From a candidate division FCPU426 bacterium (lineage in GTDB: Bacteria > Oederibacteriota > JAAXVQ01 > JAUVAV01): DNA of 64,000 bases. A model generated the notes under the pieces. The model had not been told where the DNA came from. It searched no databases and saw only the letters and a program-made list of their open reading frames with translations. Each line of letters opens with the position of its first letter. The stretch's first letter is position 1. Both the position numbers and the translations under genes were made by a program. The stretch covers positions 1,024,001-1,088,000 of the forward strand of contig JBFLYH010000001.1 of the NCBI GenBank assembly GCA_040756875.1, written 5' to 3'. This document shows, piece by piece, positions 9,661 to 17,879 of this stretch.

Positions 9661-10659
9661 GTTTGGGGGACGTTGTTTAAATGTCAAAATGTCAGGTTGG
9701 CACCGGCAATACGCTTCGCCCCGCCTAATTAAATAAGCTGCCCCAGCTCGGGTCATCCCCAACTGTTTGCCGATCTCCTGGCCATTGATGCAGCATTCCA
9801 TTTTTAATAAATAAGCCAGAACCGCCTTGGCATCGCCAGCCCGATGGCTTTTCCACTTCTCCTTTAGCTGATGCTGATCGATCCGAAAATAATCGCAAAC
9901 CATTTGTATCATCTTCTCCACAAGCCGTTCGGATCGAATGCCCACACCGCTTTGGCTTCCTCTTGGCTCTTCCAGAACCTCTGCCACAAACCAGCTCTCA
10001 CCCAAAATCCGTTCGTCCCCCATTTGATCGCCGTCTGTCCCTGTTTGCCACCCCTTTTGGCTTCTCCGCAAGCCGCCGCCCTCGAGCTCCTCACGCGCCC
10101 CCTTCGTTTCTCCTTCTCGGATGAATTCCATGTACTTTCCTCTAGCTCGGCCCTCGGTTCGGCCGAAGTACCGCAAAACATCCACTACTGCCTGCCACTC
10201 CCTAGAACGATTGCCGATCAGCGCCGCATGGCCCGTCCAGGGATAGCGGCCCAGTTCCTTAATGTCCGCCACGAGGCCGGCACGTACGGGATTGAGGTGG
10301 ATATATCGGACCAATTCCAAAAAGTATCTTTCTTTCTGACACAAGATGGAACGATATCGATTTTGAAACAGATGCCCCGCCCTTTTATGACGTCGGTTGA
10401 AATAGATGGCATAACCAGTCAACAGCGAATGCAGAAATGGCGTCAGCGGCGTGCCGGCAGGAGAGAGGAGGAGGTGAACATGGTTGGGCATAAGAACCCA
10501 AGCATAACACTTGATCTGATGGGCTATTAAACCTTCGGCCAAGCGGTGGACAAAAGCCATCCTGTCTTTATTATCTGCGAAGACACGGCGGCGTTCAATG
10601 CCGCGGACCATGATATGATAGAGCCCGCCAGAAATGTGGATACGACCTTGTCGAGGCAT
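9649..10659 (-). CDS. HUH/Y1 tyrosine transposase (REP-associated/RAYT-like, IS200 superfamily) with C-terminal DnaA_C-like HTH
   Basis: MPR...YHIMVRGIERR, HUH motif LMPNHVHLLL, GHLFQNRY, Y1 motif YIHLNP, YPWTGH, and a C-terminal helical HTH-like segment. Confidence 0.9.
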   Translation of the reverse strand: MPRQGRIHISGGLYHIMVRGIERRRVFADNKDRMAFVHRLAEGLIAHQIKCYAWVLMPNHVHLLLSPAGTPLTPFLHSLLTGYAIYFNRRHKRAGHLFQNRYRSILCQKERYFLELVRYIHLNPVRAGLVADIKELGRYPWTGHAALIGNRSREWQAVVDVLRYFGRTEGRARGKYMEFIREGETKGAREELEGGGLRRSQKGWQTGTDGDQMGDERILGESWFVAEVLEEPRGSQSGVGIRSERLVEKMIQMVCDYFRIDQHQLKEKWKSHRAGDAKAVLAYLLKMECCINGQEIGKQLGMTRAGAAYLIRRGEAYCRCQPDILTFKQRPPNGGA

Positions 10660-10732
10660 ATATCTTTCGACCCGGCCGCCAGTTTTTCCATGCGTTTTAT
10701 TTTACTCATTTTGACATCTATACAACGTCCCC
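9666..10732. mobile_element. Y1-transposase element 1 bounded by 26-bp terminal inverted repeats
   Basis: Left 9666-9691 is GGGGACGTTGTTTAAATGTCAAAATG; reverse complement of right 10707-10732 is GGGGACGTTGTATAGATGTCAAAATG (2 mismatches). Confidence 0.85.
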
Positions 10733-12506
10733 ATTCACTTTTCAGCCCTTCTTCGGTTTCTCCATTCCATAGAAATGTAAGAAGCTTCCCTTGGTTGCCA
10801 TCCGAAACAGTCACGGTTCCTGTGTTAGTGCCGGCTTCAGGGAAAGCCACTGTAGCCTGATTGGAGTCATAATTGATTTTCCAGTCAAATAAGGAAGGCC
10901 AGTCTGTATTGGTGGCCGTCCCCACCTTGAAAGCGGCTTCGATGTTAAGAATGCCCTGCGGAGAGCCGGGAAATTCGACGGTGAAGATGGGTTTGTGGGG
11001 GGAAAAAGAGTACGAACCAAATAATACTTTTACGAACATGGTTAAAAGAGATTTATAGCTTACCTTCGTATTTAAATTGTGATTATTTACTAGCGGATTA
11101 CCAGCTGTGTCATTTGCATCGCCGACAACTATATAATATTCATCATCACCAAGCAAATTATCTTCGGCATTGAAGCTGGCTATCCATGTATCCCTGGAGT
11201 ATTTTGTTTTCTTAACAGAAGAATAAATAAGGTCAACCGGATTTTGCCCAAGGATGGCAGATAATGCACTACCTCTTACGGCAACGCGTATCTGCGGGTC
11301 AGGATTTTCATCCATTTCTTCTGAAAATACCACTTCCACTTCTGCCGCACCCTTGGAAATAGGGTTATTGGCCAATAATTCGATGTTTTCACCTTGTATA
11401 CCCGTAAATCGAGCGTGATATTTTAGTTTTTGGGATTGCTTAATCTTAATCCATTTAATGTATGGGCGGAAATTATCTACGATCACTTCCGCTTCGGCGG
11501 TTCTAGTGCGGGCAGCTATATCAGCAGTAATAACTCGAACTAGATATTTTCCATCCGGATATTGGGCATCGTCATTAATTTGCGCTTCTAGCATTAATCC
11601 CGCCTGATGTTCTTCAGGTGTTAATTCTTTGCGATTTGTCGGCCAATATTTATTTGGTTGGTTTAGACTAAAAGGATCCTTTGATACCCAATAAACTTGA
11701 TCAGAAGCATAAACATAGTTAAAGTTTCTTTCCCCAGCATTACTACCTGTCGCCCCGCCCGGGAGATCATCAAATCTAATTTCGGGAAATTCAATGATTT
11801 TAGTATTCCCTTTAAGTACTTCGCATTTTAAGTAATATAGACCTACTCTATTCGAATTATGTCCCCCCAGAGAGTCATAAGCAGGTATTTTTATATCAAC
11901 ATTACCGTTAAGATGAGGAAAATGAACCTCACTGTAATCATCATGCGGCAAGAATCCTATTTGGTTGCCGTAGGAATAGGATTGTATGCTGATATTTCCT
12001 GTATCCAGAAAGCCATCAAGGCCATCTGGGCGAAGAGGATTATAATAGCATTGCGAGTCTTTTTCGGTTAAGTGGAGGTGGGAAGTCCATCCAATTGTAT
12101 TTAGCTTTTTTAAGTATCCTATAACTTCTCCAGCAGTTATTTTTTCATTCTCGATTAAATCAATATTATTTTGAATATGGACATAAAATAAATCTCTTCC
12201 TCCAATACTGATTAAACGTACCGTCTCATTATCGGAACCCACTAAATATTTTGTAAATCTACCATCCTCAACAGCGCAAACCGTGGTTCCAATGTCACCA
12301 TCACTAGCCGCCGCATTAATATCGATACCAGTATGTAAATGCCCAGGGCGATATTCACCCAAAGTTGCAGAAATATATTGAATTGTATTGTTTTCGTCAT
12401 CAATGGTTCCAGAGCCATTTGAATCGAGCGGCCAATAATAAGCATTAGCTATTCTACCCAGAATAGCAGTAGTAAACAGGATAATTAAATGACTACATTT
12501 TTTCAC
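10527..12506 (-). CDS. Secreted M23 peptidase with Ig-like domains, apparently truncated at 10733 by element 1 (last ~68 codons read through the element)
   Basis: Signal peptide (ANA); M23 motifs HTGID, FYVHI, SHLHL. After the FlgD-like LTFLWNGETEEG the frame enters the inverted repeat and overlaps the transposase start in another frame. Confidence 0.8.
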   Translation of the reverse strand: MKKCSHLIILFTTAILGRIANAYYWPLDSNGSGTIDDENNTIQYISATLGEYRPGHLHTGIDINAAASDGDIGTTVCAVEDGRFTKYLVGSDNETVRLISIGGRDLFYVHIQNNIDLIENEKITAGEVIGYLKKLNTIGWTSHLHLTEKDSQCYYNPLRPDGLDGFLDTGNISIQSYSYGNQIGFLPHDDYSEVHFPHLNGNVDIKIPAYDSLGGHNSNRVGLYYLKCEVLKGNTKIIEFPEIRFDDLPGGATGSNAGERNFNYVYASDQVYWVSKDPFSLNQPNKYWPTNRKELTPEEHQAGLMLEAQINDDAQYPDGKYLVRVITADIAARTRTAEAEVIVDNFRPYIKWIKIKQSQKLKYHARFTGIQGENIELLANNPISKGAAEVEVVFSEEMDENPDPQIRVAVRGSALSAILGQNPVDLIYSSVKKTKYSRDTWIASFNAEDNLLGDDEYYIVVGDANDTAGNPLVNNHNLNTKVSYKSLLTMFVKVLFGSYSFSPHKPIFTVEFPGSPQGILNIEAAFKVGTATNTDWPSLFDWKINYDSNQATVAFPEAGTNTGTVTVSDGNQGKLLTFLWNGETEEGLKSEWGRCIDVKMSKIKRMEKLAAGSKDICLDKVVSTFLAGSIISWSAALNAAVSSQIIKTGWLLSTAWPKV

Positions 12507-13783
12507 TGTGAATACCTAATTTTATGTATGAGATATTGATCACTATTCGATGCATTTCCATATAAATAAATGGTTTTATGAATAGGTTGTACTATGAGCT
12601 GAATATAATCATAATTCATTTTTAGTTTACTTCTTATTTCGCCAAATTCAATTATTTGTGTTTTTCCATCTTTTACAATTATTCTCGATCTTTTCCGCTC
12701 CAAATATACTAAACCACTAAGTAAATCGTTCTCTGAAAACATAAAATAATAATTTCCTGGTCTTTCTAAATCAACTTGATCCATTAATTCCCCATTTGAA
12801 TTAAGAAACAATACTTTTTGATCTGGCCGTCCATCACTTTCATACTTAGGCAACTTATTTAATTTGAGAATGTGCATTTTGTCATATCGTGATTCCCCAA
12901 TGACGGTTCCGCAATAGTATCCAGATATCGGCAATGTCTTGCGTAGTATTTCTTTGCCATTCTCATCCCATTTCACTAACTCTGGTTTTTTACTTCCTAT
13001 AACACCAACAATAATATTGGTTTTTTCAGAAATAGCATAGATTGGTTCTGGTATTGTATAATCGCTTGTTTGCAATCTTATAGTTGATGTGTCGCCGCTT
13101 CTGCTTACAATGGAAAAAGAGCTGCCTCCACCTGCAAATTGTTCGAAATCAATAAGTTTATTTTCTGATAAAGGTTGCACTCTCCCAAACATTCTCGGTT
13201 CTGGCTTCCATAGCTCATTCCCTTGATCGTCATACACTGTCGCCTGCCAGGGTACAGACATGTTTTTTTCCGATTCATATTCAGTCAATTCCCTCACCGG
13301 CATGCCGACGATGATATATTTATTGTCTTCTGATTTGCCCATAAAGATTAATCCTGGTATCTCTTTAGTAACCTGCCCCGAATAGTTCATGATCCGAATT
13401 AGACGGTTAAGTATAACCACTTTAGGATAAATAATTCTTTTCGTGTTTTGTTGGCCATTGGTTTCTAGCACATAAGCTGTTTGGGGAACGTCGTCATTTA
13501 TACCAATTTCGCTTTCACCCCATATCACCCTCTCCGCTCCTGGAAACTCCTTCTCCCACACCTTCTCCACCTTCACCTTCTCATCCTCATATATCACCAC
13601 CGGTGGTTTGAGGGTGCCGGCGTCCGCGAGGGTGGGCAGGGTTGAAACTACTGCTGCGGCGGTGACAACTGCTGTGGCTGTGGCGACTGCGGTGGCGGTG
13701 GCCACTGCGGTGCTAGTGCCCATGCCAAAAGCGGGGTTGATGATTAGAATGCTTGCGATGAAAGACAGAATGGACTTTTTCAT
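12503..13783 (-). CDS. Secreted hypothetical beta-rich protein coupled to the M23 gene (candidate partner/immunity protein)
   Basis: Signal peptide MKKSIL...AFG and a TAVATA low-complexity linker. Its stop overlaps the downstream GTG start (GTGA, 12503-12506). Confidence 0.75.
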   Translation of the reverse strand: MKKSILSFIASILIINPAFGMGTSTAVATATAVATATAVVTAAAVVSTLPTLADAGTLKPPVVIYEDEKVKVEKVWEKEFPGAERVIWGESEIGINDDVPQTAYVLETNGQQNTKRIIYPKVVILNRLIRIMNYSGQVTKEIPGLIFMGKSEDNKYIIVGMPVRELTEYESEKNMSVPWQATVYDDQGNELWKPEPRMFGRVQPLSENKLIDFEQFAGGGSSFSIVSRSGDTSTIRLQTSDYTIPEPIYAISEKTNIIVGVIGSKKPELVKWDENGKEILRKTLPISGYYCGTVIGESRYDKMHILKLNKLPKYESDGRPDQKVLFLNSNGELMDQVDLERPGNYYFMFSENDLLSGLVYLERKRSRIIVKDGKTQIIEFGEIRSKLKMNYDYIQLIVQPIHKTIYLYGNASNSDQYLIHKIRYSQ

Positions 13784-13919
13784 TGGTGTTTTAAGCTCCT
13801 TTTTCACTGGATTTGACTGCGGTTTCGTGGGTAATGGCGTTGATGTAGCAGCAATGGTTGTCCATATCCAGCCATTAAATTAGACAGGCATTAACATATT
13901 TCCATGCTATTTTTTAAAC

Positions 13920-13994
13920 GTCATTTCGGCATATTAAGCCGGAATCCAGTAACTTGATTTTCCTGGACCCTAGTTACAAATACACCGGGATTAC
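13920..13994. repeat. Degenerate REP-like palindromic element
   Basis: GTCATTTCGGC-ATATTAA-GCCGGAATCCAG...CTGGACCC...CACCGGGATTAC resembles GTCATTCCGGC...GCCGGAATCCAG-type REP doublets. Lies just after the stop of 14002-15675. Confidence 0.5.
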
Positions 13995-14001
13995 GTCAAA
14001 T

Positions 14002-15675
14002 TCACTTCACAATCGCCAGCTTCTGCCTGCCTGCTGACTTCCCATTCAATCTAATATCCGCCAAATAAATTCCCGGGCTGATACTGTCTGTTTTCCATAT
14101 CATTGTCTGCCCACGGCCGGCGGGAAGATTCTCGTTAACCTTAGCCACCAAGTCTCCGGTTATGCTGTATATCACGATCTCGACTTGGGCTGGTTCAGTA
14201 AGGTGTATCAGGAAATTCACCTGATCCCTGGCTGGGTTGGGGTACACCAATGCCGCTTTGCCGCCCAATTCCACACTGGCCAATGATCGCGTTTGCGTGG
14301 CAGTTGGCGAGACCGTAGCAGTTGGAGTAATGGTGCTGGTTGGGGTTATGGTGGGCGTTATGGTAAAGGTGGGCGAATGGGTATAGGTTGGCGAATGTGT
14401 AGGTGTAGGTGAATATGTCGGCGTTATCGTAGGAGTAGGAGAAATAGTGGGTGTGGGAGTGATAGTCAGAGTTGCGGTGTGAGTGGGAGTGTATGTCGGC
14501 GTTGGAAGAACATAGAATTTGCAATAGATTTTATTAATTGTGGCGGACTCTTCGGACCAAACAACATATGCAGTGTTATCAACAAATTCGAGTGCCGAGT
14601 TAAACACACGCGTATCATAATTAGGATCAATATTGAGACTCGAGCCATCCTGAATCCATTCCGAACCATCGAAGTGCTTCATAAATAAGTGTCGGATATT
14701 AAATATTTGCCCAACAACATACTTCATTTCATAAAATAATACATACTGAATATTATTAATGACTTTGATGTCTGTTGGATAGGCATCCTTATCCGATTCA
14801 ATATTTAAGATACTTCCATCTTGTAACCATTCACTCCCATTATAATGTTTAACATAAATTTGGTAATCACCAAAATAAGCTTCAGTCCAAGTCACATAAG
14901 GCGTGCTGCTATATACCGCAATATGCGGACCATTAGCAGACTGATTTAAATTATAATTCAGCGCCCCCCCTACTTGTTCCCAAGTTGTACCATTTATTTT
15001 TTTGACATATATTTTGAAATCTTCCATCCACGTAACATATGGTGCCGAAGCAATTGAAATGATATCTGGATAATAAGCAGAAACGTTCCCGTCTAAATTC
15101 AACATCCCCCCATCCTGCTCCCAAGCGTTCCCATTCCAATGCTTCACAAGAATGTGATACGCAGTCACGGCATCTTCATGCCAGGTCACATAGGGCGTGG
15201 CACCATCCATGGCAATCGCCGGATAATCCGCAAACTTGGCCGGATTGACATTCAGGCTTCCGCCTAGTTGCTCCCAACTTGTGCCATTGAGGTATTTCAA
15301 ATAGACTTGCCGGGTGTTCCCTTGGTCTTCAGCCCACACTACATACGGAGTGCCGTTGTAGGCTGCAATCGCCGGATTATATGCGCTTTCCGCCGTATTG
15401 ACGTTGAGGCTTACTACCGAACCGCTGGCATGCACCCAAGATACGCCATCGTTCTTCTTGACGTAGATCTGATTTTTGCCCGAAGCATTCTCCTCGCTCC
15501 AGACTACAAACGGCGTGTTATTGGATACAGCAATATCTGGATTAGTGGCATTATGAGTGGGGTCCACATTGAACACGCCGCCGTCTTGCACCCAATCGGC
15601 GCGTGCAGTTGAGGAAATGATTACAAGAGCCAGAAAGAACAACAAACGCGTCGTGCTTAGCTTAGCCCGATGCAT
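14002..15675 (-). CDS. Secreted 7-repeat beta-propeller with Pro/Thr linker and T9SS type-A/FlgD-like tail (paralog of 7981-9579)
   Basis: Signal peptide (ARA), seven W-x-Q-x-GG-x-LN repeats, long PT/SPT linker, YPNPA...IYSITG...GIYL tail. Confidence 0.85.
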   Translation of the reverse strand: MHRAKLSTTRLLFFLALVIISSTARADWVQDGGVFNVDPTHNATNPDIAVSNNTPFVVWSEENASGKNQIYVKKNDGVSWVHASGSVVSLNVNTAESAYNPAIAAYNGTPYVVWAEDQGNTRQVYLKYLNGTSWEQLGGSLNVNPAKFADYPAIAMDGATPYVTWHEDAVTAYHILVKHWNGNAWEQDGGMLNLDGNVSAYYPDIISIASAPYVTWMEDFKIYVKKINGTTWEQVGGALNYNLNQSANGPHIAVYSSTPYVTWTEAYFGDYQIYVKHYNGSEWLQDGSILNIESDKDAYPTDIKVINNIQYVLFYEMKYVVGQIFNIRHLFMKHFDGSEWIQDGSSLNIDPNYDTRVFNSALEFVDNTAYVVWSEESATINKIYCKFYVLPTPTYTPTHTATLTITPTPTISPTPTITPTYSPTPTHSPTYTHSPTFTITPTITPTSTITPTATVSPTATQTRSLASVELGGKAALVYPNPARDQVNFLIHLTEPAQVEIVIYSITGDLVAKVNENLPAGRGQTMIWKTDSISPGIYLADIRLNGKSAGRQKLAIVK

Positions 15676-15756
15676 CTCGACCCCTCGGCTGATGTAGTAG
15701 ATGGCGAGGTTTTAAGTATAGCATATCTTCCCTTGCCCATCAAATTAGGCACCCCC
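15672..15756. repeat. 85-bp direct repeat, copy 2, with promoter TTGATG-17-TATACT (15715-15743, minus strand)
   Basis: Matches 9576-9660 with one mismatch. Confidence 0.95.
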
Positions 15757-15772
15757 ATTTTCCTTTCCCTCC

Positions 15773-16873
15773 GGGGCTGGAGTCAACTTATCAACTTAAG
15801 CTTTTGTTCCTCCGCAACCTTCTCTCCGACTTTGATCAACTTTGCCAGCGCTGTGCTCGATATTTTCAGATACCGGGCGACTTCCGCACTGCTATAGCCA
15901 AGCTCTTTGCATCCCCAATAACCTATCAGCCCTTTGGCAAACGATATGGTGTTTCTTCTTCCTTTTTTCCCCAACTCCGATTTATCCACCCCCGTAAGCT
16001 CACATGCCCTTTCAACCAGTCGTTCCATCGTCCAACCTCCACGACGATTCTTTTCTTTCCTATTCATCTCTTCTTCCGCTCGTTTTAATACTTCCACAAC
16101 AAACTGGTCATCGCCCAAAATCAACTCCTGCCCGCGCCAAGTATTTCGGACATTATTTTCTTCTGTTTGACTCCTCCAGTCGTTCTCTTTCCGTTTTAAA
16201 TTGCCCCGAGTGAGTTCTGCACGTTTGCCTTGATCCCAACCCTCGCGAATATATTGGCGATAGGCTCGGATTGCGTCTGCTCTTTTAGCACTGAATGGTG
16301 ACAATACTTCCCCAGTGGTTTGCCATGAATTTCTCATTGTTCCGATAAGCGTTGCATGCCCGGTCCAGGCGTATCTATCCAATTCTTTCAAGTGTTTGAT
16401 TATTCCGGCACGCACGGGATTTAAATGAATATACCGGACCAGTTCCATCAAATACCCGCTCTCCTGACAGAGGATGGACTTAAATCTATTTTGGTACAAA
16501 TAGCCGCGCCGTTTATGCCGCCGGTTGAAATGAGCCGCATAGCCTGCCAGAAGCCTTTGCATGAATTCGCTCAATGATTTTTCGGATATTCGCAGGAGGA
16601 GGTGGATATGATTGCTCATCAATACCCAGGCATAACAACGGCACTTATAAAGGCACAGGTTTTCAGATAGTCTTTTTACAAATTCACTTCGATCGGCAGT
16701 ATCCATAAATAGCGCAGTGCCATTGATCCCGCGGGTGATGACATGGTAAATTGCCCCAGGCAGGTTGATTCTCTTTTGTCTGGCCATATTCATTTAGACT
16801 GCCATTTTAATATTTCCATTCACCTCCTGAGAATGATTCGGCTTTCTTAAGTTGATAAGTTGACTCCGGCCCC
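15773..16873. mobile_element. Y1-transposase element 2 bounded by 28-bp terminal inverted repeats
   Basis: Left 15773-15800 is GGGGCTGGAGTCAACTTATCAACTTAAG; reverse complement of right 16846-16873 is GGGGCCGGAGTCAACTTATCAACTTAAG (1 mismatch). Confidence 0.85.
15783..16793 (-). CDS. HUH/Y1 tyrosine transposase (RAYT-like) with C-terminal HTH, diverged paralog of 9649-10659
   Basis: YHVITRGIN, LMSNHIHLLL, YQNRFKS, YIHLNP, YAWTGH. The stop codon lies inside the left inverted repeat. Confidence 0.9.
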   Translation of the reverse strand: MNMARQKRINLPGAIYHVITRGINGTALFMDTADRSEFVKRLSENLCLYKCRCYAWVLMSNHIHLLLRISEKSLSEFMQRLLAGYAAHFNRRHKRRGYLYQNRFKSILCQESGYLMELVRYIHLNPVRAGIIKHLKELDRYAWTGHATLIGTMRNSWQTTGEVLSPFSAKRADAIRAYRQYIREGWDQGKRAELTRGNLKRKENDWRSQTEENNVRNTWRGQELILGDDQFVVEVLKRAEEEMNRKEKNRRGGWTMERLVERACELTGVDKSELGKKGRRNTISFAKGLIGYWGCKELGYSSAEVARYLKISSTALAKLIKVGEKVAEEQKLKLIS

Positions 16874-16885
16874 TTTCATTAACCT

Positions 16886-17105
16886 TTCACCACGAAGAGA
16901 ACCTCAAAACCCCTCACCACGAAGACACGAAGGGCACGAAGGAGGACTTGGGTTAAACATTTTCAACCTTTAAGCCTCAATACCCTTCATCACGAAGCCA
17001 CGAAGGGTACGAAGGAGGACTGAGGTTAAACATTCACACCCATTCAAACCATAATACTCCTCACCACAAAGACACGAAGCACACGAAGGAGGGCTAGGGT
17101 TAATA
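16886..17105. repeat. Tandem ~73-bp repeats with internal CACGAAG periodicity
   Basis: Units start at 16914, 16987 and 17061 with core TCACCACGAAGACACGAAGGGCACGAAGGAGGACTTGGGTTAA and divergent spacers. A partial unit starts at 16886. Confidence 0.85.
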
Positions 17106-17312
17106 AATAACCCCAATAACCCTTTAAGTTCTAATCATAAAGATTCAGAAAACAGTATATCTATCCAATCTTGCCATCATTTGCTTTCTTCGTGTTCGGG
17201 GTCGGCAATACCTTTCCTATCATTAATACTTATTACCCACTTATCATTTCATTTATTCATGCCGTTACTACCAATAACCCAGATCGGGCTTAATCAACAA
17301 GGCGGTGCAACG

Positions 17313-17879
17313 ATGCAACCCCAGCGCAGACGGCAGTATTTGATCAACAAGCCATTCCAATTGAAAATCATGCTCTATCTTTCCTTGTTGGTTGCGGGGG
17401 TTGTAGGGTTCGCACATATTCTGGCCACGACCTATGCCAAATTGGTGACGAAGGCCGTTTCAGCGGCTTCGGTCTCTAAACCGGTCGCCGCCAGTCTTCC
17501 GACCGGATTTATGGAAGGATTATGGCTCCCGGTCCTGGCAGCCATACTGGTAGGAATTGTATTCGTCATGATCGCGGGCCTGTTATATTCGCATAAAATT
17601 GCCGGCCCGCTTTTCAATCTCAAACGCGTCATGCAACGCGTGCAAAACGGAGATTTAAGCACCCTGATGCGTATCCGTTCGGGAGACGAGTTGCACGACG
17701 TGGAAGCCGCGTTCAATTTCATGGTGGTTGGTTTGAATCAAAGGCTGATCAACCTGCGCCAGGCCATACTCGATTTGCCGGAAAAAGATTCCCGGCATCT
17801 GCTCCGCCTGTTCCACGAGCATTTCCACACCGGCGAGGAGATCGACACGTTTTTGTCTCAGAAAATCCAGGTTCCCTAG
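17313..17879 (+). CDS. Small two-TM HAMP-domain membrane protein
   Basis: RRRQYLINKPFQLK, two hydrophobic helices, then SHKIAGPLFNLKRVM...GDL...RIRSGDELHDVEAAFN (HAMP). ATG 17313 follows a GGCGGTG RBS-like site. Confidence 0.75.
   Translation: MQPQRRRQYLINKPFQLKIMLYLSLLVAGVVGFAHILATTYAKLVTKAVSAASVSKPVAASLPTGFMEGLWLPVLAAILVGIVFVMIAGLLYSHKIAGPLFNLKRVMQRVQNGDLSTLMRIRSGDELHDVEAAFNFMVVGLNQRLINLRQAILDLPEKDSRHLLRLFHEHFHTGEEIDTFLSQKIQVP

Noticed and set aside
8280-14500. Pro/Thr and TAVATA tandem DNA repeats as independent elements
   Set aside because: They are explained as low-complexity protein linkers (8280-8440, 13660-13720, 14290-14500).
9649-16793. IS605/IS607-type element with TnpB or an RNA guide
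   Set aside because: No tnpB/iscB-like ORF (RuvC or zinc finger) lies next to either transposase.
16886-17105. CRISPR array
   Set aside because: Only three degenerate, internally periodic, non-palindromic repeats with short spacers, and no cas genes in the window.
17181-17312. N-terminal extension of the HAMP ORF
   Set aside because: TTG start without an RBS; ATG 17313 has an RBS-like site and a typical N-terminus.
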